A stretch of 62,997 nt of DNA, filler included, from Chiloscyllium plagiosum (GCF_004010195.1; 3 parts of one record of this genome joined end to end with filler, not necessarily neighbours in it), one strand, 5' to 3'; numbered from the whole stretch's first letter, positions 50,600 through 62,395 are shown. Program-made: numbers and translations. Notes: generated from the sequence alone by a model not told the origin.

Positions 50600-51125
50600 A
50601 GTTAGTTCAGAACAGTTAGGTAATATGGATGGAGGTTTGCTCGCTGAGCTGGAAGGTTCGTTTTCAGATGTTTCGTCACCATACTAGGGGACATGATCAG
50701 TGAGCCTCCGGATGAGGCACTGCTGGTGTAGCCTGCTTTATATTTATGTGTTTGGGGTTCCTTGGGTTGGGACAAACAGGCAGAAAACTAGCCACCAGGA
50801 TACATGAACATCAACTAGCCACAAAAAGACATGATCCACTCTCACTAGTATCATTACATAAGGATGAAGAAGGACCACCACTGCGACTGGGACAACACAT
50901 CTATCCTAGGACAAGCCAAACAGAGACATGCATGAGAATTCCTACAAACATGGCATTCCAACCGGAACTCTATCAACAAACACATTTGACTTGGATCCCA
51001 TTTACCACCCCCTTGAGAAAAACAACAGGAAATGATGTCACCACAGGAAATGACATCATCAACCCAAGGAAACCCAAACACATAAATCGAAAGTGGGCTA
51101 CACCGCCAGTGCTTCATCCGGAGGT
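50600..51125. mobile_element. Penelope-like element (probably Poseidon-type) fragment with inverted terminal segment
   Basis: GQTGRKLATRIHEHQLATKRHDPLSLVS on +; inverted 3' part 50600-50770 with degenerate hammerhead (~50665-50705, minus). Confidence 0.85.
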
Positions 51126-51880
51126 GGGGGTGAGCTGCCTTCTCGAACCGCTGCAGTCCGTGTGCTGGAGGTAGACCCACAATGCCCTTAGGGAGGGAAT
51201 TCCAGCGTTGTGACCCAGCGACACTGAAGGAAGAGCTGATATATTTCCAAGTTAGAATCACTGGCTCAGAGAGGAACTTGCAGGGTTGGTGTTCCCATGT
51301 CTCTGCTACCTTTGTCCTTCTAGATGGAAGTGGTCATGGGTTTGGAAGGTATTGTCTGAAGAGCCTGCAGTGTGTGTTGTAGATGGTACACACTGCTGCT
51401 CCTGAGTGTCAGTGGGTGGAGGGAGGGGGTCTGGGGCCAATCCAGCGGGGCCTGCTTTGACCCTGGATGGTGTCGAGCTTCTCGAGTGTTGTTGGAGCTG
51501 CCCCCATCCAGGGACAAGTGGGGAGTATCCCCTCACCCTCCTGACTTGTGCCTTGTAGATGGTGACCAGGCTTTGGAGATACAGGGGGTGAGTTACTCGC
51601 TGCATTATTCCCAGCCTCTGACCAGCTTTTGTTTATATGGCAAGTCCAGTTCAGTTTCTGGTCGACGGTAACCCCCAGGATGATGAGAGTTGGAGGTTCA
51701 GTGATGGTAACACCATTGAATGTCAAGGTTAGATTCCCTCTTGGCGGAGATGGTCATGGCCTGGCACTCGTGTGGTAACTTGCCATGTGTCAGCCGAAAT
51801 TTGGCTGTTACCCAGTTCTTGTTATATTTAGACACAGACTGCTTCAGTATCTGAGGGATTGTGAACGGTGCTGGCCATTA
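51125..51880 (-). mobile_element. Older CR1/L2-group LINE 3' fragment
   Basis: ILGVTVDQKLNWTCHIN; LVTIYKAQVR; WMGAAPTTLEKLDTIQ. Confidence 0.8.
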
Positions 51881-52324
51881 CGTAACCATAAGTGGAAAAG
51901 GCCATTACTGGTCAGCTATGTTCCTGTTGAAAAACGCAGCAGGTTGGAGGGACCAAATGGTCTACTCCTGCTCCTGTTTCTCACGTTTCCATGGTCTGCT
52001 GAGGGAAACAGTTCAACCCCCCGATGCAATCCGGAGTCAAATTCACGAGGAGGCCTTGAGTTAGCCAACTGCAGGCGAACCAATCCCTGGCCATTTTTGT
52101 CACTCTACCTAAGTGCTCCTCTGGGTTCAAAATTTCCCACAATCCCCGCCCCCCCCCAAATCCCAAAGATGGAAGATCCCAGAGATTCGTTTTCTTCAAA
52201 TCCTGGAGACACCCGGAGCAGTTGGCAACATCCCCACCCCCCCGCACAAACGTTTGAGAGACATGACCAGCAGAGAGCGCTCTTGGTAAGAAGGAGACAG
52301 GAACTGAGGGCCGTTTGAGAAAAG

Positions 52325-52330
52325 TTTATT
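52325..52330 (-). promoter_or_regulatory. Candidate polyadenylation signal AATAAA of a minus-strand transcript
   Basis: TTTATT on +, near the edge of a non-repeat GC-rich block that looks like a 3'UTR. Confidence 0.4.
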
Positions 52331-52796
52331 AAAAGCCGGGTGAAGATCCTATTTCACCGATACAAAATCCACGCGGTCAGGGGACAAGTCTTTGAAGCTA
52401 CAATTTAACCAGGACAGCAGCACGTTTGTGCCAAAAAAACATACATCACTCAATCTCCAGCTACGGTCCCCATTGACCTTTAACCCCAATGACCTTTAAC
52501 CCCACCTGGCCTGGGATCAACACTAGAGAGGGAACTGGAAGTTAACCCCTCTGGGATTTGGTCAATCAGCTGTCGAAGGTTGGTGACCAGACTGACCCCC
52601 CCACCACCCAGGGGTTGGTCGGGGTGGGGGGGCAAGGGCACCTTATTGGTCTGTCAGAAATCCACCATCTTCCTCAATGCGCCCAGTCCAACGTTGTGTT
52701 CCCTTGGGGGTCATCTGCCTAGGCTAGTGGGACTGTTTCAAGTACTTTCAAACTGCCGGTGGTGGGGGGCAGAGGCGGAGGGGTTTGGGGGGAAGC

Positions 52797-53347
52797 CCTG
52801 TTAAAGAGGAAGTCTCTCCCTCGGGGACCCCTGTTAAAGAGGGAGTCTCTCCATTGGGGACGCCTGTTAAAGAGGGAGTCTCTCTCTGTTGGGCACCCCT
52901 GTTAAAGAGGGAGTGTCCCCATTGGGAATGTCTGTTAAAGAGGTAATGTCTCCATCAGGGACCCCTGTTAAAGAGGGAGTCTCTCCCTCAGGGACCGCTA
53001 TTAAAGAGGGAGTCTCTCCCTCGGGAACCTGTTAACCAGGGAGTCTCTCCCTCAGGGATACCTGTTAACGAGGGAGTCTCTCCCTTGGGGACCCCTGCTA
53101 ACTAGGGAGTCTCTCCCTCAGGGATACCTGTTAACGAGGGAGTCTCTCTGTCGGGGACCCCTGTTAAATGAGGAGTCTCTCCCTCGGGGACCCCTAAGAA
53201 AGAGGGAGTCTCTCCCTCAGGGACCCCGGTTAAAGAGGGAGTCTCTCCCTCAGGGACCCCTGTTAAAGAGGGAATCTCTCCCTCGGGAACCTGTTAACCA
53301 GGGAGTCTCTCCCTCGGGGACCCCTGCTAACCAGGGAGTCTCTCTAT
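52797..53347. repeat. 33-bp minisatellite, ~17 units (ctgttaaagagggagtctctccctcggggaccc)
   Basis: Tandem units of about 31-36 bp, most with an internal GAGGGAG-tct-CTCCCTC inverted repeat. Confidence 0.95.
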
Positions 53348-54701
53348 GGGTTGCATCCAGTTGGTATGACCCCTTTCACCCTTTCCCTCAATCTTACCCT
53401 TCCTTGTGAGAGTTTCTGCCTGGAGCTGGTTTTCAAAATGCCATACAACGTGAATGATCACAGAAAATGGCTACACCATTAGCCTCCAGAGGAAGTAAGC
53501 ACACACCCTCCCATCCGAACGGTCTCACCATTAATAGGCAAAGAAGAGAAAAGAAACCTGAGGGAAAGTCCTCCTGGATCTTTTTTTTTCACAATGGATT
53601 CCTGTTCTCAATCATTAGAACAAGTGAAGTGCGCCTGTCTCCTTCCCCCAGCTTCGACCATCCCCTCAATGGTTACTGTCACTTTAATAGCACCCAATAG
53701 AGCAGATTCACCCACCCGAAGCATTGTGGGTAGGAACCACCGCCATCTTTAGCCCCAGTTGAAGCAAGGGAGCTTCACCTCTAAACAAAGACGGCTAAGG
53801 TTTTTTTTGGGGCAACCTCTCAGGTTCGACAAATAGCGGACTCCCCCATGACAACTGTCCACGATTGGAAACTTCTAGAAGGTTGGGAGCAGCGGGGGCA
53901 AGGGTAGATAGGGGAGAGGTGGGCCGCAGTAATGACCTGGTTGCCAGAGGCATCAGCCTAGTAGCAGGGTGAAAGCTAAATCAGTGAGAGGGGTCTCACC
54001 ACAGGAGAGAGTGCCTAAGCGTCTCCTGCCCTTAAAGCCACTGGGAGGGAAAGACAAGTGTCAAGGCCCTCTCGCCAGAGATTGGCGATAAGCCACAGCG
54101 CGGGAAGCTCAAACCACTGGGTTGCTAACTGAGCTGCGGGGATTGGGCCTGTCGAGATCGCTGTCCCTGCCCCAGAACCCGGCGCTCCAAAGAAAAAAAA
54201 GCCCAAAGGAAATGTCAGACTCTCCCTCCTGGGCTGTTTCTCCAGCAGAACCTGTGAGGTTTCTCATTTTCTATCAGCTCCAGGTTAGAGGGCAATCTAA
54301 AGACCAGCCGCCGTCGGGTCCTTAATCTCTGTGGGCAACCTCCTGGAACGCCCGACTGAATAACCTCCACCCTCTTAGTTCGGAGAGGTTGGGATCTTTC
54401 TCCTTGGGAGTGAAGGAGATCGGAGAAGCTGGGGGAGGGCGAGGGGTCTATCTGTTTGAAGCAAAGGAGATGGGGGTGGGGGAGAGATCTGATTGAGGCG
54501 CTCACCATGGCGGATAAAGACGGGAGAGAGAAGCTGGCTCCCATTGGTGCAGTGTACAAGGGTGGGGTTGGTGGAGGTGGAGGTATACAGGTTGTGGGGT
54601 TTTGGGGAAGGGTGCAGGGGAGGGAAGGAGACGTGAAAAAGGACTTTCTTCCTTCCATAACGAGCGTGAATGAGCCAGAACTCACTGTCCACTAGGGCTC
54701 G

Positions 54702-54734
54702 TTCCTGGTGAAGGGCTTTTGCCCGAAACGTCGG
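54702..54734 (+). ncRNA. Minimal hammerhead-like motif (CUGGUGA core variant) in a short Penelope-derived insertion (~54696-54795)
   Basis: TTC-CTGGTGA-A-GGGC-TTTT-GCCC-GAAACGTC-GG. Confidence 0.6.
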
Positions 54735-54879
54735 TTTTCCTGCCTCTCGGATGCCGCCTGACCTGCTGTGCTTTTCCAGCACCACTCCAATCTTGAAGTT
54801 AAAATATGATCAGTCGCTGGGAGGTGGGAGTCAATTAAAGAAGGGAGATAGATGGTTGTGGGCTGAGGAGTGGCAGACG

Positions 54880-55630
54880 GAGTTTAATTGAGATAAATGC
54901 GAGGTGCTGCATTTTGGGAAAGGCAAATCAGGGCAGGACTTATACACTTAATGGTAAGGTCCTGGGGAGTGTTGCTGAACAAAGAGACCTTGGAGTGCAG
55001 GTTCATAGCTCCTTGAAAGTAGAGTCGCAGGTAGATAGGATAGTGAGGAAGGCATTTGGTATGCTTTCCTTTATTGAGTATAGGAGTTGGGAGGTCATGT
55101 TGCGGCTGTACAGGACATTGGTTAGGCCACTGTTGGAATATTGTGTGCAATTCTGATCTGCTATAAGAAGGATGTTGTGAAACTTGAAAGGGTTCAGAAA
55201 AGATTTACAAGGATGTTGCCAGGGTTGGAGGGTTTGAGCTACAGGGAGAGGCTGAACAGGCTGGGGCTGTTTTCCCTGGACCGTCGGAGGCTGAGGGGTG
55301 ACCTTATAGAGGTTTATAAAATCATGAGGGGCATAGGAGTCCAGAACTAGAGGGGCACAGGTTGAAGGTGAGAGGAGAAAGATATAAAAGGGAGCTAAGG
55401 GGCAACTTTTTCACACAGAGGGTGGTACGGGTATGGAATGAGCTGCCAGAGGAAGTGGTGGAGGCTGGTACAATGACAACATTTAAAAGGCATCTGGATG
55501 GGATATGAATAGGAAGGGTTTGGAGGGATATGCTGGCAAATGGGATTAGATTAATTTAGGATATCTGGTCGGCATGGAAGAGTTGGTCCGAAGGGTTTGT
55601 TTCCGGGCTGTACATCTCTGTGACTCTACA
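54880..55630 (+). mobile_element. Young CR1/HER1 LINE 3' fragment
   Basis: ORFs 54914-55156 and 55141-55350 typical CR1 C-terminus plus 3'UTR. Confidence 0.92.
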
Positions 55631-55982
55631 ATGGATGATGTGATCATGGAGGGAGAGTGGCATTGGAAGGGGAAGGTCAATCAGAGCTGGCAGGTTCTGC
55701 ATCCTGTTTGGTGTTGGGCAGGACCCTCTCAACCAGGGGAACTCTAAGGACTCCCTTCTCCATCCCTTCGCCTCTGCACTTTTCCTCACCGCCCTTGAGA
55801 AATGAGGGAGTTATCCCTGCGGCCATGTTGGACTCCGAGGGGCCTACTCCCGCTGCTGCATCCAGTTTGGGAATTCCGAGCACGGAAGGAGCCTGCTGCT
55901 CCAAAGAAATTGGAGCCGTCCAGGCCCCGACGTTCAACCCTACCTCATGGAGCCCAATGTCGTGGCGTGCCCTGATCCCCTG

Positions 55983-55985
<3 letters not shown>

Positions 55986-56029
<44 letters not shown>
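55986..56029. repeat. Poly-C homopolymer (C44)
   Basis: Direct. Confidence 0.95.
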
Positions 56030-56709
56030 TACCCTCCAGCCCTTACATCAACCCTCACCATAACCCCTCCCCCCCCAACCCCTTAAAAAAACCCAGGAGC
56101 CTAGGCCTCTTCCCAAGCCTGAGCCGCTAGGCCCGACTCCAACGTGACAAGGCCTTCCGGGGGGCAAATTGAGAAACGGGGTCGGCACAATTCACATCTT
56201 CATGACAAAGCAAAGGAGAAAGAATGACGAGCGGTTAAATTTACAACACATTTACCACACATTAGCTGATTCCGTTGCTGGCGCCTGGCAGTGGAGTTCC
56301 AAATCGAGACACAGGCCATGGGCCCGGACACCTCCATCGTCGCCCCCAGTCGGCCCACTTCCCGGGCTCTGTCCTGGAGTTCGGGCTTAAAGTAGCAGCA
56401 GATTTCCGAAGAAACAGCCCGGCTCCGGAGTGTAAGTTGGCGGCGGGCGGAGGGATCGAACGGTTTTACTCCCGCAGTTCCAGCAGCAACCAGCCCGTCC
56501 TGCCCAGCAGAGACCGGCCTTCGGCGGCCGCAGACGTTCCCCCCCCCTCCTCTCTCTAGGCCGCAGCGTCCGTGTACTCAGTGATTCCCTTCCCCAACCC
56601 CAACCCCCAACCCCCCTCCCCCAGAAAACAGCACCCACTGCGAAATAGTCGAGCTGTGGAGGGGGGAGGGTCAGCGGTGACTAGAACGTTACCAAAGTGT
56701 ACACCATAC

Positions 56710-56711
<2 letters not shown>

Positions 56712-56746
<35 letters not shown>
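56712..56746. repeat. (GA)n microsatellite
   Basis: Direct. Confidence 0.95.
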
Positions 56747-56747
<1 letters not shown>

Positions 56748-56769
56748 TGAGGGTGAGGGTGAGGCTGAG

Positions 56770-57355
56770 TGAATCTGTCCCAGTCCACCCACGTTGACGC
56801 TACGGTCAAGAAAGAACAACCAACACCTCGACTTCCCTAGAAGGCTCAGGAAATTCGGCACGCCCATAATGACTCTTAACAATTTCTTTTTACAAGATGT
56901 ACCCGGAGAAAGAGCATCCTACTCAGACACATCACAGATGGTTACGGCAACCGCTTTCCCCAAGACCGCAAGACGTTACAGAGAGCCGTACACACAGTCC
57001 AGTCCATCTCGAAAACCAGCCTTCCTTCCACTGAGTCTGGCTCCATTTCCCACTGCCTCGGGGAAGCAGCCTACCTCATCAAAGACTCCCCTACACCCTC
57101 TCTTTAGCCCACTTCCAACGGGCAGTTTGCAAACAGCTTCAAGAATAACTTTGTCCCCGCTGTTATCAGGCTTACAAACGGATCTCTCATACATTAAAGT
57201 CAACCTTTCTTTGCACTTTCTCTGTAGCTGTAACACTATATCCTGTAATCCATTCTAACACCTTGACGTACCGATTGAAGGTATGATTTGTCTGGTTAGC
57301 ACACAAGGCAATACTTTCACTGTATCTCAGTACCTGCGACGATAATAAATCAAAG
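56770..57355 (+). mobile_element. Rex1/Babar-like LINE 3' fragment
   Basis: HVDATV..QHLDFPRRLRKFGTPIMTLNNF; tail ending gataataaatcaaa. Confidence 0.75.
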
Positions 57356-57651
57356 AGTGACGAGAGTGTTTGAGATGCGTGTGGAGGAGGGGTACATTAG
57401 AGATCGGGGAAAAGGAATGCTGTGACAGAGACAGACAGGAAAAGGCAGTCAAACCAAAAGAGAGAGAGAGCAAAAGTCATCTTGAGACAGAGAGAGAATT
57501 TAGATCGTTAAATAAAGGCAGAGCAAGCGAAAGAGACAGAGAAAGCGAGAGAAATTGAGAAATAGCTGGACACAGTGAATATAGATAGCGAGAGAGATTG
57601 ATAGAGAGAAATAATGGGAATCAGAGAGATTATAGACAGACAGAGACAGAT

Positions 57652-57751
57652 NNNNNNNNNNNNNNNNNNNNNNNNNNNNNNNNNNNNNNNNNNNNTTAAT
57701 TAATTAANNNNNNNNNNNNNNNNNNNNNNNNNNNNNNNNNNNNNNNNNNNN
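57652..57751. other. 100-bp scaffold gap with artificial six-frame-stop linker
   Basis: N44-TTAATTAATTAA-N44. Confidence 0.97.
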
Positions 57752-59355
57752 TGCCACTTTTCTGCCCAACTCTCCAGTCTATCTATATCCTCCTGTATTC
57801 TCTGACAGTCCCTTATGTTTTCTGCTACTCGACCAATCTTTGTGTCATCTGCAAACTTGATGATCATACCAACGCTGACCTCTTCTAGATCATTTATGTA
57901 TATTACAAACAACATGGTCCCAGCACTGACCTCATGTGGAACACCGCTGGTCACCTTTCTCCATTTCGAGAAATTCCCTTCAACTTCTACTCTCTGTCTC
58001 CTGTTGCTCAACCAGTTCTTTATCCACCTAGCTGCATACCATGTGACTTCACTTTCTCCATTAGTTTACAATGGGGTACGTTATCAAACGCCTTACTAAA
58101 GTCCATGTATATGATATCAACAGCGCTTCCTTCATCTAACAACTTGGTTACTTACTCGAAGAACTCTATTAAGTTGGTAAGGCACAATCTCGCCTGCACA
58201 AAACCATGTTGCCTATCATTGATATGTTCATTATTTTTGAAAAATAAATAGATCCTATCTCTTAGTACTCTCTCCAGCACATTCCCCACCAGTGACGTCA
58301 GGCTCACTGGTCTGTAGTTACCCAGAATATCCCTACTGCCCTTCTTATACAGGGGGACAACTTAAGCTACCCTCTCGTCCTCTGGCACCACGCCTGCATT
58401 AAAGGATGCCACAAAGATATCTTTCTGGGCCCCAGTTATTTCCTCTCTCGCCTCCCTCAACAACCTGGGACAGATCCCATCCGGCCATGGATATTTGTCC
58501 ACCTTAATAGCCTCTAGCATACCCAACACATCTTCCCTACTTATGCCATCGTGATCCAGACTAACCAAACGTCTATCTCTATTATCCAGATTCATCATGT
58601 TCCTCTCCTATGTGAACACTCTCAGGTTTTGCACACATCCTTCCTTCTTTTAGTGGACCAATCCTTTCGCTAGTTACCCACTTCCTTCTTATATAAGAAC
58701 AAAATGCTTTGGGACTTTCCATAATTCTGCTTGCGAAAGCTATTTCATTACCACTTTTCGCCCGCTTGATTCCTTGTTTAAGACTTGCCCTAGTCTTCCG
58801 ATATTCCTCCAGGACCCGTTCTGTTCTCAGTTGCCTAGATCTTATGTACGCTTCCCTTTTCCTCTTGACTCGTCGTACAATTTCTGCTGTCATCCACGGT
58901 TCACGAATCTTGCCCTGCCTATCCTTTGCCTTCAACGGGACATGCCTATCCTGCACTATCTTTAGCCTAGCTTTGAAAGCCTCCCACATCTCAAATGTGG
59001 ACTTCCCTTCAAATAGCTGTCCTTAATCCACATTTCCCAGCTCCTGCCTAATTTTGATATAATTGGCTTTGGCACAGTTTAGTACTCTTCCCTGAGGACC
59101 ACTCTCTTCTTTATCTATAAGTATTCTAAAACTTACAGAATTGTGGTCACTATTCAAAAAGAAATCCCCCACCCCAACGTCTACCACTTGGCCTGGCTCG
59201 TTCCCAGTACCAGGTCGAAAATGGCCCCTTCCCTCGTCGGACTATTGACATACTGCTCAAGACAACGCTCCTGGATGCTTCGTACAAATTGTACCCCATC
59301 CAGAACTCTGACTCTAAGTATATCCCAGTTAATGTTGGGAAAACTAAAGTCTCCC
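57752..59355 (-). mobile_element. CR1/HER1 LINE ORF2 fragment (endonuclease end, linker, RT)
   Basis: WEAFKARLKIVQDRHVP..EPWMT; DKYPWPDGICPRLLRE; TSGVP..IKFADDTK. Confidence 0.92.
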
Positions 59356-59359
59356 TACA

Positions 59360-59865
59360 AAGTTTTGTAGTGTACAAAATCCCATGCAAGGACTGCACAA
59401 AACACTACATAGGACAAACAGGAAGACAGCTAACGATCCCTATCCATGAACACCAATTCGCCACAAAACGACACGACCAGCTATCCTTAGTAGCCACACA
59501 CGCAAATGACAAGCAACATGAGTTCGACTGGGACAACACTACTATTATAGGACAAGCCAAACGGAAAACAGCCAGGGAATTCCTAGAAGCATGGCACTCG
59601 TCCACTCGACTCAATCAACAAGCACATCGACCTGGACCCAATATGCCAGCCACTGCAACCGACAGCTGGATATGACAACCGGAAGCGGCAGATTCAAACC
59701 ACTATAAATGCCGGAGGAAAGATCACAGGAGCGCTTCACAGGAGGCTCCCAAGCACTGTAGGATGTCACCTAGACATGGGACGAAACGTCTGCAACACAA
59801 ATTCCCAGCTCGGCGAACATAACCACAACAATGAGCATCTGAGCTACAAATCTTCTCACAAACCT
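59360..59865 (+). mobile_element. Penelope-like element (probably Poseidon-type) GIY-YIG end plus 3' repeat
   Basis: VVYKIPCKDCTKHYIGQTGRQLTIPIHEHQ..HEFDWDNTTIIGQ..REFLEAWHS. Confidence 0.92.
59753..59793 (+). ncRNA. Minimal hammerhead motif with 1-nt core insertion
   Basis: GCA-CTG(T)AGGA-TGTCACC TAGACAT GGGAC-GAAACGTC-TGC; stem I GCA/TGC pairs. Confidence 0.6.
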
Positions 59866-60490
59866 TGAGGTGTTTGATATGCTTGTCGTTTTTGGACAGT
59901 GCATTGAATGTAGGAGTTGAAAGGTCATATTGCAGCTGTACAGGACATTGGTTAGGCCACGATTGAATACTTTGTGCAATTATGGTCCCGTCATTCGAGG
60001 AAAGATGTATGAAACGTGAAAGAATTCAGAAAAGATTTACAAAGGTATTGCCAGGGTTGGATGTTTTGAGATTTATGGAGAGACTTAATATGCCGGGATT
60101 ATTTTCCCTGAAGCATCAGCGGTTGAATTGTGATCATAGAGGTTTATATACTCACAAGTGGAATGGGTAGTGTCAATAGCCAAGGTCTTTTCTCCAGGGT
60201 AGCATGTTCCAAAGCTAGAGGACTTAGGTTGAAGTTCAGAGGGTCAAGACTTAAAAGGCATATAAGGAGCAACGCTTTCAAAGAGAGGGTGCTTTATATG
60301 TAACGAGCTGCCAGAGGAAGTTGTGCAGGCTGGGACAATTACAATATTTAAAGGCATCTGCACGGGCACGTGAATAGGAAGTGTTTTGGGGGATATAGGC
60401 CAAATGCTGGCAAATGGAACTACACTAATGTAGGTCATCTGTTTGGCAGGGATAGGTTGGGTAGAGCTGGGTAGCTCTATGACACTTTGT
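59866..60490 (+). mobile_element. CR1 LINE 3' fragment
   Basis: ERIQKRFTKVLPGLD..ERLNMPGLFSL. Confidence 0.85.
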
Positions 60491-60499
60491 CTTCTGTAT

Positions 60500-61070
60500 A
60501 CCTTTCTCCTGTCATCTTAAAATTACCCCCCTAGTCTTGAAATCCACCACCGTAAGGAAAGGGCACCTTCCATTCAACATTATCTATATCCCTAAATGTT
60601 TTATAAACCTCTATAAGTTTGATAATGCCTTAACCTTCTACGCTGCAGTGGCAAAGGTCCCAGTCCATCGAGCCTGTCCTTAAACACTCCATTCCCGACA
60701 ACAGACTGAAAAATCTTTTCTGCACCCTCTCCAGTTTAATAATATCTTCAATGTAACTGGGTGACCATAACTACACAGTACTTCAGGAGAGACCTCACGA
60801 ATGTCCAGCGCAACCTGAAGATAATGTTCCAGCTCCTGTACTCAAAGGTCTGAGCAATGAAGGCTAGCAAACCAAACGTCTTCATAACCACCGTGCCTAC
60901 ACATGGTGCAAACTTCAAACAAAAAATACCAGAACCCTAGATATCTCTGTTCTACATCACTACCAATGGCCCGACATTTAATTGTAGGTGTCCTCTCCTT
61001 GTTTGTTTTCTCAAATTGTGATACATTGTATTTATTGAAATTAAACTCCATCTGTCACTCCTCAGTCCAG
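60500..61070 (-). mobile_element. Decayed CR1 LINE 3' fragment
   Basis: MEFNFNKYNVSQFEKTNKERT..EQRYLG. Confidence 0.8.
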
Positions 61071-61944
61071 TGACTGATAGCACTGGGGAAGAAACGCTGG
61101 ACAGTAACCAGCTGCCTTGGATTCCTTCGTGGTTTTAAGAAGAGTGCTGCCGCACGTTTGAAGCAGGAAAGAGTGATTGGTGTTTTTGATCCAGAAAGTA
61201 TGCTCTTTCTTTGTCTCTGGTGTTCAGTAATAAATATCTATTCCAGATCCTTTATAGTGCAGAGTGTGTCTGCAGGATGCTTTCTCCCTCACATTGCAGA
61301 TGTCAGATAATAGCCACTTAAGGTGGAAACCATATCCAAGCAATTAAAGATCTTCATAGTTTATCTCGAAGGCAGCACACATAAACTCAACATGAGTACG
61401 TTCAGCTGTTTAACAATGTAATTCATTTAAATGTGTAAGTCAGTAAAGTTAACCAAATTTTAATGAATCCACACCGAGCTGAAAGCTGACATTTAAAATG
61501 TGAACCAAAATCTGGGCATGGTTTAAGACTTGTATAGTGAGTAACGCCCATGCCTCTGAGCCAGGGCTCTGGGTTAGATTCCAATACAAAAACGTGCGTG
61601 GTAGTGTCTCTCACTCTGGACCAGAATGTCTGGATTCACGACCTGCCTGTCACAGAAGTATGTCACAGTATTTCAAGAGTGTCTGATGAACAAACACACA
61701 GAATAATAATAATGCAGCTTCAGGGATTGTTGCCAAATGGTGGTAGTATGTCTACCTCTGAGCCCATAAGTTTAGATTCAAATCCCACAGAGGTGTTTCA
61801 CAATGTGGCTGAACAAATTGTTAAAATGAATTTAGAATTGTGATGTGATGAAGAAGGAAGAGGAGTCAGCATTGAATTTCAAAATTTAGGCCCCGGTTTA
61901 CTGAAAACACAGCCATTCGTGTTGATTGGAGTCAAACGTGCACA

Positions 61945-62395
61945 TTCTAGAGGTTCATAAAATCATGAAGACGATGGATAAGGTGAATATTCAGGGTCAT
62001 TTCCCCAGTGTAGGGAAGTCCAAAACTAGGGAACATAGATTTAAGATGAGATGGACAAGATATAAAAGGGACCTAAGGGGACCATTTTCATACAGAAGGT
62101 GGTGTATGTATGCAACGAGCTGCCAGACGAAGTGGTGGAGAATGGTACAATTGCATCATTTAAAACGCATCTGGATGGGGACATGAATTAGAAGGGTTAA
62201 GAGGGATACGGTACAAATGCTGGAAAATGAAACTAAGTTAACTTACGACATCTGGTTGACAATTGCATCATTTAAAACGCATCTGGATGGGGACATGAAT
62301 TGGAATGGTTAAGAGGGATACGTACAAATGCTGGAAAATGAAACTAAGTTAACTTACGACATCTGGTTGGCACGAATGAGTTTGACCAGAGCTCG
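61945..62395 (+). mobile_element. CR1 3' fragment with internal ~112-bp tandem duplication (62147-62258 / 62259-62369)
   Basis: LEVHKIMKTMDKVN..KTREHRFKMR; direct repeat visible. Confidence 0.85.

Noticed and set aside
46154..53347. CRISPR-like arrays (the two 33-bp repeats)
   Set aside because: Head-to-tail units without unique spacers, no cas genes, vertebrate context
54215..54685. 156-aa Pro/Ser-rich minus-strand ORF
   Set aside because: No recognisable domain or splice context; expected by chance in GC-rich sequence
55657..56130. Poly-proline ORF resembling formin/WASP
   Set aside because: The proline run is a pure C44 homopolymer with no synonymous variation
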